Source: Geosiphon pyriformis uo1
Taxonomy: Eukaryota > Fungi > Glomeromycota
Assembly: GCA_016748015.1 (NCBI GenBank)
Contig: JAAOMT010000647.1
Location: 252,880 to 316,879 of the forward strand
DNA: 64,000 nucleotides
Reading direction: 5' to 3'
Shown here: positions 26,190 to 37,092 of the stretch, piece by piece
Layout: every line of letters starts with the position of its first letter
Position numbering within the stretch: the stretch's first letter is position 1
Notes under the pieces: model-generated
The model's database searches: none
Told to the model about the DNA's origin: nothing
The model's input: only the letters and a program-made list of their open reading frames with translations
Made by a program: the position numbers and the translations under genes

Positions 26190-27543
26190 TGTTATTCAGC
26201 AATTTCAATAACATCTTTGCTAGTGAAAATAAATTTGGCCACATTAATATTATTCAGCACCAGATTAAGACTGGAAATATAATGTCAATTAAACCAAAAA
26301 CATATCAAGTACTACCAGCTAGTCATAAGATCATTCATCAAAAAATCAATCGGATGTTAGATAATAGGCTAATTTAACCATTAATGAGTCCATGGTCATC
26401 ACCAGTGGTACTAGTCCAGAAGAAAAATAAAAAGATCTGCTTTTGTGTGGATTATAGAAAACTTAATAGTGTTACTTATGGAGATAGTTATCTAACTCCA
26501 TGAATCCAAAAATTATTCAATGCTTTTAGTAGAAATAAATGGTTTTCAACATTGGATTTAGATAGTAGTTACTGACAAATAGCCATGAATTCAACTAATA
26601 AAGAGAAGACTGCATTTACAACAAGAGAAGAAAATTTCGAATTTAAAGTAATGCCATTTGAATTGATGAATGCACCAGCCATATTTCAATAGCTAATGGA
26701 AATTGTTTACACTGAACTATTATGAAAGTCAGTAGTCATATACTTGGATAACACCAATGTGTTCTTGAAAACATTCGATGATTACCTTTATTATCTTTAA
26801 CAAGTATTCAAAAGATTCAGACAAACAAAACTGAAATTAAATGCAAACAAGTGCTTCTTTGGGAAAACTGAACTCAAGTTTTTAGGACATGTTATAAGGA
26901 AAAATGGCATTAAAACGGATCCAGACAAGATTGAAGTTGTTAAAAACTTTCTAGTACCAAATAATCTTACAAAACTAAAAGCATTCTTGGGATTCATAGG
27001 ATACTATTGCCATTTTATTAAGGATTTTTCTAAACTGGCTCAGCCATTACATCAACTCCAAATCAAGAATATAAAATATGAATGGACAGAAATCCAACAA
27101 GAACCTTTCGATACACTAAGAAGAAAACTTATACAAACCCCAGTATTAATTTATTCAGACCATAGCAAACCATTTATCATTACCACAGATGTATTAGGTC
27201 AAGCATTAGAAGCAGTATTATCGCAAAGAGAACCAGATGGAAGAGAACATTTAGTAGCATATGTTAGCCAAAGTTTGAATCCAGTAGAAAAAAACTATGA
27301 AATACCAGTACTAAAAACTTAATTATTTACTGAACAGTCATAAAATGGAAAGAATACTTAAACCAGAAATTTGATATATATACTGATCACAAAGGATTAA
27401 AATCAATCCAGAAACAGAAATTTAAAGATAACCACTATACTTGATAGAAAATAGAACTTTCACTATTTAAATATACAGTACATTATAAAAAAGGAAAAAA
27501 AAATGGAAATGCTGATGGTTTGTCATGAATGAGACAAATCTAA
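26190..27543 (+). pseudogene. Gypsy-1 reverse transcriptase and RNase H
   Basis: SPWSSPVVLV, FCVDYRKLN, MPFELMNAPAIFQ, IYLDNT, FIITTD, VAYVSQSL, IYTDHKGL, NADGLS. Confidence 0.9.
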
Positions 27544-27574
27544 GAACATTTCAACCCAAAAATATAACAAAAAG

Positions 27575-28957
27575 ATGAATACACAAAAATATTAACAACT
27601 CTAACATTATATAAATATCCAATTGTTCAAGGAGAAATTATTTTAAAAAGAACAAAACAACATCAAACAACAGTCCAAATATTTTATTACTTACCAAAAT
27701 GTACTTTATCGGAAAAACAGAAAGAATCCAGATCAACCAACCAAAGTAATCACAGAACCAGAAAAAGAGACAATATTATTTAACATGTACTCTGATCTAA
27801 TAGCAAGACATTTTCACAAAGAAGCAACCATAAAAAAAACCAGAAAAAGATACTATTGGCCATCAATATATTCAGACATCATCCAATATGTTCAAAATTG
27901 TAATGCTTGTCAAAAAAAAGAAAGAACAAGACCAAGTAAATCATTAAGACCAATCAAAGTAAAACAACTATTTGATTGCATTGGAATTGACTTAGTCAGA
28001 TCATTAACAATTACTAGCAGAGACAACAGATATATTGCAGTAGCCATGAATTATTTTACTAAATGGCCAGAAGCAAAAGTTATTCAAAGAACAGATGCAA
28101 AATCTGTTGCCAAATTTGTTTATCAAAATTTAATTTGTCAACATGGATGTCCAAAAGAATTACTATCAGATCAAGGAACACACTTTGTAAACAGAACATT
28201 AGCAAAGTTAAGTCAAAAATTTGGAATCAAAAGATCATTATCATTACCATACTATTTACAAACAAACAGTTTAGTTGAAAAATTCAACAGAATATTGTGT
28301 GAAGCAATTGCCAAGATCAGCTAAAAAAACCAAGATGAATGGGATTTATTTATATTATTAGTACTATTTGCTTATTGGACAATGAAGCAAAATACTATAC
28401 AAGCAACACTATTTGAATTAATATATGGTAGAACAGCAATATTACCAGTTGAGATAGAAATCAACATATATTCAACTGAACCAATAACAGAAGACAATTT
28501 CTAAGAAACATTATTAAGAAGAACATATGACTTAATGGAGACATTAAAAAACAAATGGCGAAAAGTAGCTGATAACATTTAAAAGTTACAAAAAAAACAA
28601 AAAAAACAACATGATAACCAACTACCAGATAAACCAGTTAAATTCAAGATTGAAGACAAAGTACTCTTATATTATACCAAAGTGGAAAAACAATGGAGTG
28701 GAAAATTTGACCCCAAATGAGACAGACCATTTCACATAGAAAAAATTCTAAGAAATAAAGCTTATAAATTAAGATGGGACAACAAAATCTTAATCAAAGC
28801 AGCACATGGTAATTGACTTAAACCATATTACAAGATAATACTATTATTTACCAGTAATATTACACAATTGGGAGTACAGAAAATACTAGTTCAACTAGAT
28901 AAGATTTTATGAAATCTAGAACCAATTATTATTATCAACATTAATACATCAAATTGA
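27575..28957 (+). pseudogene. Gypsy-1 integrase (own ATG; HHCC, DDE, GPF/SH3-like tail)
   Basis: Starts MNTQKY in frame with ORF 27785-28324. Contains RHF..CNAC, IGIDLV, LLSDQG, LVEKFN, and FKIEDKVLL..KFDPK.DRPFHI. Confidence 0.88.
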
Positions 28958-28980
28958 GTAACTAAAAAGAATATAAAAAC

Positions 28981-29643
28981 ATGATAAATACGACAGAAGA
29001 TATCAAAAAAATGTAAATTACTGATAAGATTCACTCACTAGCACAACAATTTTTTCAATTAATCCAACAACAAAAGATAAAAATTACAATCAACCAACAA
29101 ATCATTAGATACACAAATACTAAAAAGAGACTATAAGATAAAATATGGAGAAAAACAAAAAACACTGTTGATAAAATTATTACAAAAGTGAAATTGGCAA
29201 TAGAAGAACAACCAAAAGTCACCCAATATCAAGAGTTGACTATAGAAATCTGGAATTAGTGAATACAACAATTTCCAAGAAACTTTTGTTATTTTTACTT
29301 GGAACAACACTTGAACATTTAGAATTTATACACAAATAAAACAAAATGATTATTCAACACAACAATACTACAACAACTAGAACAATTTGTGGGAAAAAAC
29401 AATTTGACCACACAAGCAAAAGCCATTTATTGGCTACACACCAAATTCCAAGAGTGACCAGAAATCTTATTTAACACAAAAACAAACACAATTACTGTTA
29501 ACCAAATGAAAAAAATAACAAATGCCCAATTTAAAAAATTACAGAACAAAATAACACAAGTAATTATTAAAAGAGAAGTTCAAGAAATACTCAAAAATGG
29601 AGAATTAGAGTTAAAAGATTTAAGAGATGTCAATGGAGCTTAA
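28981..29643 (+). pseudogene. Gypsy-1 ORF3, ~220-codon unknown protein
   Basis: A single frame from ATG 28981 to the PPT, broken only by stops compatible with C>T changes. Homologous to Gypsy-2 ORF3. Confidence 0.78.
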
Positions 29644-29662
29644 TATTAAAAGAAGAAAATAA

Positions 29663-30483
29663 TATTACTCATAGAATATAAGAAATATATTAACATATAA
29701 ATTAGCCAATCAAAAGTAGATATAATAAATATAAAATTCCAAAATTCCAGGAATTTCAGAATTTTTGTAGAAAAAATTACAAGATTCCAGAATTTCTCTT
29801 AAAGGAATTGCAGAATTCCAGGAATTCCAAAATTTTTGGTGTGAAAAATTAAAGAATTGAGGAATTTCAATTATGTATATATAGTGGTAGTATTAGAAAA
29901 AAAAAGTCAGATCTCTCAGTTTAGATTTAATCTAAGCAATCTTCCAAATTACAAATATCAATAAATAACTATTTACTATCTCAATCTACTCTCCACTATT
30001 AATATTTTATGTTAATAGTAATCCACACTTGACCACACTAGAACAATAGCTCTTAATTACGACTATTGATGAGATACTAACTTATGAATTGCCTTGGCTT
30101 ATTTCTTTATTTATTTTATTTTATTTTATTTTTTTCTTTTCTTTGATTTTATTGTTGTATACTAATTGATTAAAAATTAAAATACAAGATTATTGACATC
30201 AAGGATAGCCTGGTAAAAGACCCAGAAATACAGGTAAAATTATATATATATTAACAGATAGCTTATCAGAAAGGCACAACTGTCAGAGTAAATCTGGCCA
30301 CCAAGCTGAGAAAAAAATTGGGCAAGAATTGCAATTCCAGAAAATTACTACCATCATCAAATCTCTGTCTATTATACAAAAGACTCAACCAAAACCTTCA
30401 GATATTACCACTCAAATCATCAATTGAGCACTAAGTTACAAGTTTGTTATTTGATTTGAGACTCCAAATAATCACTTATAACA
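29663..30483 (+). repeat. Gypsy-1 3' LTR, preceded by a decayed PPT (~29648-29660)
   Basis: Runs TATTACTCAT...TATAACA and is a direct repeat of 8811-9660. Confidence 0.93.
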
Positions 30484-33400
30484 CCAAATGAAAAACAGAC
30501 ACACACTCCAAAGCAAAAACAATAGCCTGTAGTTCTACCAGAATTGATAACAGCAACCCATGTACTTTTATTCCAATGTTAGCATTCACATCTGGGAAAT
30601 AAGTGGCAGTACCACTACAAACACCTAATAAACCCAAATTTTTGATAGAGCTATTCATATAAACAGTTATAGAACCCAACTCAGAATTCAGCAGATGTTT
30701 ATCAACATAGCCAAAGTTACAAAAAGAGTCAGCAAGAATAGAATGAGGAGCCAACAGCACATCATTTAACAAACCACCTTTATTAATAAATTCAACCAGA
30801 AAAACAAACCAAATAGAAACCAGGCCTTTAGGGTCTAGCTTTTTCTATCTGCAAAAAGTGTACCATATAAAACATGTGCCATGGCGGTCTAAAAACTGGT
30901 CTGTAAACACAATATTATATTTTTTGAAAGATCTCACTACACCCAAATAAGACTTAGAACTGAGCACATTCAGAACTGCAATACTATTTCTAGCCTGAAA
31001 AACATCAAACAGATTACCACTTAAAGACAAGTTGCACAAATTAAGAGCATGTGTTGCACCAGCTAGAAAACAATTTATTGGATCAATTAGCAGCTTAATC
31101 AGAACTCAAAGAGAGTGCCAGAACATCCAGCTAGTGGCCTACAACTCCATAGCTCTGTGCTCAAATAACTCACTAAAAATTCTGTTAGTATTTACAAAAC
31201 TAATCAAGCCAGCCAACAGATTCTCAGTCAGCAATTGCTCAAAAGTCTTTAAACCATACAGTTCTGGATAATATAAAGCTTCATTTGGAAAATCCTTGGG
31301 CAAATTGGCCTTGAGCTTCAATTTCTTTCTCAACATTTTGTCTTATTTTTTACATACAGTCTTAGAAACACAACTGAACTGCAGCTTATAACTAATTATG
31401 GATTGTAAAACAACAGAGACCAAATACAAAAACTGCTTCTCAGTGATGGCTTTTCTTAAAACCATATTTAAAAAGAACCTGATATCAAAATGAGCTTTGG
31501 CTAAGCTTAGCTTTGACAGGCCATTTGTAAAAAAAAAGATTTCTAAGTACTGATAAGACTTATGCCTTTTGGCTATGAAAATATTAGAGTCATTAATAGA
31601 CAGTGAAACCTCTTTGGTTTCTTGATTAATAAGAATGGTGACTGTTTTGTTCATATTAATAGAAATGTCATTGACCACAAAAAATTCACTTGCAATGTTC
31701 AAAATATGTTGTATAGCAGCCATGCAATTTCCAATCCAGATAGTATTATCTACAAAGACACTAGCTACAAAAAATGAAGTTTTGTCATTATTAAAATCAA
31801 CTTTACCAGTCCTTGTAAAAAATTTTGAACTTAATTTGTAACCACACAATTGCTCATGTTTTTTGACTTTATAAAGCAGAGAATCATAAAAAATCCTCTA
31901 CAACAATAATAAAAAGACTTCTTCTTGACCCAATTTATCATAAACAGTATATTCATCAGTCAGTCCAAAGTTTGTCATCACCCAGTTGGTCTGATTATTA
32001 TGTATGCTTCCAAAAAATTTTATAAAACAAAAGCACATCTTGATTCTAATTAAGCTGTTTTACAAATAAAACCAACTGACAGAGTTATAGGCTTTTTGCA
32101 TGTCTTAGAGAACCAACCACAACTCTCTGTTCTTCTTTAGCACATCCTCAATAATAGAACTGATGACAAAAATTGGGGCCTGAGTGAATATACCTTTCAA
32201 AACCAAGAAATTGTCACCACAAAAGACATCAAATTTACTACAAGTCAGAGATACTCTGTCAGAAAAAATTTTGAATAGTATCTTCTGGACAGTTTCAATT
32301 AAGACAATAGGTCTGGTATTAGTGAGTGTCTTCTTCCAATTATATGGCTTTGGTATTATAAAAACCCAAGTCTGTCTCCACTATAAGGGTATCACACCCA
32401 ACATTAAACATGTATTGAGAATGTCCAACAAACTGCCTAGAACCTGAGCATCTCCATGCTTACAAAGTTCATTAGAAATACCAGAAATGCCAGCAGCTTT
32501 TTCATCAAGCAATCCTTTGATCACTAAAAAAAACTCATCAGACTTAATATTACACATGATATTTGAAAATGCATTATCATTAACATAGTCCAAAGGGGCA
32601 TATTGGTCAAACCAATAAGCAGGCAGAGATTTAGAAATAACATGTTTTCTTGTCCAACCTTCTATGATAATATTAACAGCAGATTTAACTTCATTAGGCA
32701 CCAGAATTAACTCATCATCTACTATCAGATAGTCAAGTACCACTTTTCTGAATGGCCATTCCAACACATTTTTGATCATTCACCCTTTATTAAAGCAAAA
32801 GTTCTTCATGTGCTTGCTTATTATTTTTCTAATGGAAATGTTCTTGGCAATTCTAAATTCATAATACTTGGATCTTTAGTATATCTTTTTAACTCTTAAC
32901 AGGTGTTGCAGAATGTTTTTTCTGCTTTTACTATTACCAAACATCATGTGCACTTTGGAGGTCTTCTTATTATTAAGATTGAATCATGTATTAAAAAGGC
33001 AATTGGCATTTGATTTCTGACTTGAACTCAAACACTTTACCAACTTGACCACCAACAATTTCAGACTATAGAACTTTAAAGACTGCTTATTTTTTGAACA
33101 ATCAAATTCACTAAACTAGTATCTAAAAAAAATTTCATCAGCAGAGCTTATAACCAATTTCTTAAGAATATCCTATATAGTATTTAGATTTCCAACATCT
33201 CTTATACTATTAAATTTGCCTATAGATTCTAAGAATCTGCTCAATAAATATGCTCTAAAGCATGCCCACTTATTGGTATCTGCATCCTTAATTTTAAACT
33301 TCTACTTATCCTTGCTAGTCTGTATATGATTACTATTGAAGTGAGCATTTAAGAAACCACCCAAACCAACTAAAACCAAAACAACATTATAATTAGTGTT

Positions 33401-35988
33401 AAAAAATTCAGAAACAAGAACAACTTTATAACTGGCTACTGCAGAAAATAAACTTCTACTTACAAAAATGTAATTAATAACCTTCATAACACCTTTCGAG
33501 TTGCTCCAAGTAGAAGCTTTGGCTAATAAATATCCATTAAAAGAGTTAACCAAGTCCAAATCTGAGTAGAACTTAAAACTCATATTTTTCCTAAATCCAT
33601 TCTCATTAAAATCTCCACCTAGAACCATGAATATAGAAGAATTAACAGCCTTAGCAATAAAAAAGTTGATCTCAGAAGACTGACTAAATCTGGTTTTAGC
33701 TGAAGCACCAGCATATAGGCTTAAAATCACCAACAACAGCTTGCTTTTGAAAAGGAGCTGAACAAAAATAAGATGATTAGAAACTTCTTTAATTTTAGAA
33801 ACATGATGTGCAAGAGAATTGTTCATAATGATTGCCACTCCAGCACCAAGAAACTCTTTGTCCAAGCCAGAAGAGAATATTTTTACTCCATTAAACTTGT
33901 TCATAATCTACAGTCTGGTACTAGATCTTAACTTTGTTTCCATAATAATAGAAACCATATTTTCAGATTCCATATGCCAATAAACAACATCTTCCTGTTT
34001 GGCAGAGACATTGATACTCTAAACATTGCATATAGCAAATCTCCAAACCAGATCCATCATTAAGAAGAACGAGTAATAGAAACCAAACCAGTATTGTCCA
34101 TTTTAGCTGAAAGACTCATAATCATAATTGACAGATTATTCAAAATATCTTTTATCTTTGAGACAACTGAAGAATCAAAAACTGCCACTCTTACAATAGT
34201 CTCATCACCAGTGGCCATACCTGAATCCTCACTTATCACTATATCTACTCCTTGATTCTGTGATGAAAAGATTACCAATGGCTAATATTCAGAGCTAGGC
34301 TGGGAAACCATTGACCCAAGTGTATTTAACTTTTTAGCTAACTTGTTAATGTATTCTACGAGGCTGACAAAACTATGCTCAAGAGCAGCAAACCTATTAT
34401 CCAAATCTATAGACACCATTAAAACAGGTTTCATCTTCAAAGAGGAACCAAGAACAGCAGAGTCATTATGTGCAGAAAGAGAAAAAAAAAAAAGCTCACC
34501 AACAATTTTTGCCCAAGAGACATTACCAAAAGAAACAAGATAAAAGATTGGAGTAAAATGTCTAACATAAATAGATACCAGCCTGCTTTTATCATTATCC
34601 AACAAGATCCTACAAGATGGGCCACCAAGAGATAATTTCTCATCTATAGAACAGCTTAAGAAAGTATGACCCAATTTCCTATATTTAGCATACTTAGCAG
34701 AACTCAGATGGGACCAGCACAAATTGCTACTTCTTAAAACAAATGTAGTGTCTATAACAGCATTTAATGAATCAGTCGAGTCAAAACAAACAACAGCACA
34801 TCTGGCTTGAACATACATAATAAGATGTTGATTAGTAACACATGTTTTTCCACCTACAGAACCAATGAAATCTCAGATGTCATGAATATTAATGTTTATC
34901 AGCAGAATATAAAGCAGTGTCCTATGCTGATTTTTTATATCTCATAATTTTTTGTCTATATTAGCCTTAGCTATTTTCACAGCATCTTTTCTGATTAAGA
35001 TAGATTATCTAGTTGTGACCAAATCAGTTTGATCTAATTAAACAAACTCTACCACAGCTTTTTGTCACAGTCTTACCAATTGCATTTTGATTGACACAAC
35101 AGCACCAAACTCAGAAATTGCAGCACACACAGCCTCAGCCAATGTTCCAATAGGAATTTCCTTCAATACCACAGCCTAATCTGAACACATAGAAGATTTC
35201 TTAAGATTAGTATTTACCACCATATTTACAGCTTCTGCCTTTTCTGTAGCTTGTGTTAAGCTTGATTCAGAAGTAAATATCACTCTAATAATCCCAGCAA
35301 ATTTTGAAGAAGTAGAGACCCTCCCTTAAAACCATTGATTTTTGAGAACAATTTCCTAACAGTTACCAGCTTCTTCTGAAAAAATCTCCTAATCATTTTA
35401 TTCAAGTCAATATCTAAGACAAAAGATTTTTTAACCAGAATATCAACCAGAATTTTTAAGAGAAAAAGAAGTGTCAAAGGAGTATCCAACAGAATATTGT
35501 TACTATTATCACACAAGAAGTTAATTTTTCTTAGTGGTTTTCTCAGCACTCTTTTGGTTAGTATTTTAGAACTTTTAGGTGTTTGATCCATATTTCTTTC
35601 AGTAAGAGTTCTATCTTCATCATAATCAAAGCTGGTTTCCTTAACCAAACACTTTTTTTCTATATCTACATTATTAGATTCAATAGTGTTACCAGTTTCA
35701 AAATCTTATGAATGACTACTTAATTTCTTAGCAGAAATTTTCTTGTTATTAATACTATCTTTCAAAGCATCCCCTCTTCTCTTCTTTCTAGCCACAACAG
35801 GTTTGATATCAGCACCAAAACCAGAATCCTTGAAAACTTTTTTTATGACAGCAATACTAGGGCCAACAGTGGCCTTGTAATTAAACAAAAACAGTTTGGA
35901 TTTATCATACTAAATAATAAAAAACTTCTCTCAAAAAACTTTTTTGACTCTTTTTTTGAAAATTTAGGATAAAGAAAGAAAAGAAGTT
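30484..35988 (-). mobile_element. LINE-B 5' part (ORF1, APE, RT, start of RNase H), degenerate
   Basis: APE ORF 33302-33904, RT FVDNT in 31343-31849, RNase H VELQAIVFALECV in 30476-30772, and ORF1 fragments 34060-35888. Confidence 0.92.
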
Positions 35989-35989
35989 T

Positions 35990-36950
35990 ATAAATTTAAT
36001 ACTATTTAATATATATTTTTAAGTTATAAAATATTAAATTATAGAATAGTATTACAATAAATTATATAAAAAACTATTTTTTTTAAAAAAATATTTTTTT
36101 TTTAGAATTATTAAAACAAATAATTAGTTATTATAACTAATATTTTAAAATTAATTAATTAATAATTTTAATAATTGCTTAGTTAATTTTAGACTTAAAT
36201 AAAAGACAATTTATTTTTTTTTATTTTTATAATTTTTTTTTTTTATATTAATAGATAATTTATAGTTGAAATTTTTATAAAAAAGTTGACTTTTACAACA
36301 AAATAATTATACATAACTGAAAAGCTTATAAACAAGATATTTTTGTAAAAAAATTGATTTTTATTACAAAATAATTATATAAAATTATTAATACAGAATT
36401 GGTGATTTTATTATAAGTTTAATAATATAAACAGTCTAAAATATAAAAAAATACTTTGAAAAATAAACTAACTTATTAAAAATTTATTAGCTTTATTAGC
36501 AATAAAATTAATAACAAATAACATTAATAATATCAAAAAAAGAACAAAAAATCTTTGATAATATAATTTTTATTAATATTTTTATTAAAAATTTTTTAAT
36601 TATTATTATTTAATTTATACAAATATTTATTAGTTTTTTGAAATTATTAATTACTGTTATATTATTGTTATTTGTTAAATTTGTATTTTTTTTATGCTAG
36701 ATTCAAATTATTTTACCAAATTTTAAGAAAATAAATATTTTTACAAAATTATTTATACATAAAAATAATTAATAAATTAATTTTAATTTGTCTTAAAAAG
36801 ATTTTTTATTAGTTGTTAAAAGATTTATATTTTTTATATTAAAGTTTAAAAATCCAAAAAAAGATCTATTTATTATATTAATATTAATTTTTTTACTTTT
36901 AAAGTATTTATTATAAAATTAAAATAATTATTATTAGTTAAAAAAAAACT
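35990..36950. repeat. Extremely AT-rich spacer between LINE-B and LINE-C
   Basis: Near-total loss of G/C and no ORFs. Confidence 0.7.
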
Positions 36951-37092
36951 CTTATTTTTTTTTTTTTTTATTTCTTTTTACGAGTGAGATCCAAACACGA
37001 TCTAGTGCTATACATCATACAAATGATCTAAACTAGGTGCGAATCATGCGTTTTCTACACGTGACCAGCCATTCGGGCCAGTCAGGACTACA

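Larger units (their letters stand above)
8811..30483 (+). mobile_element. Gypsy-1: Ty3/Gypsy LTR retrotransposon (~9.95 kb without nested insertions), degenerate, dUTPase-bearing
   Basis: Paired LTRs, PBS and PPT. Contains gag CA and CCHC, protease LILDS(G)SA, dUTPase, RT YLD(D), RNase H NADGLS, and an HHCC/DDE integrase. Domain order is PR-RT-RH-IN. 4-bp TSD CTGA/CCAA. Confidence 0.95.

Noticed and set aside
37030-37092. Hammerhead ribozyme in the LINE 3' UTR (CTGA...GAAA)
   Set aside because: The core reads CUGACUG, not CUGANGA, and the required stems do not form.
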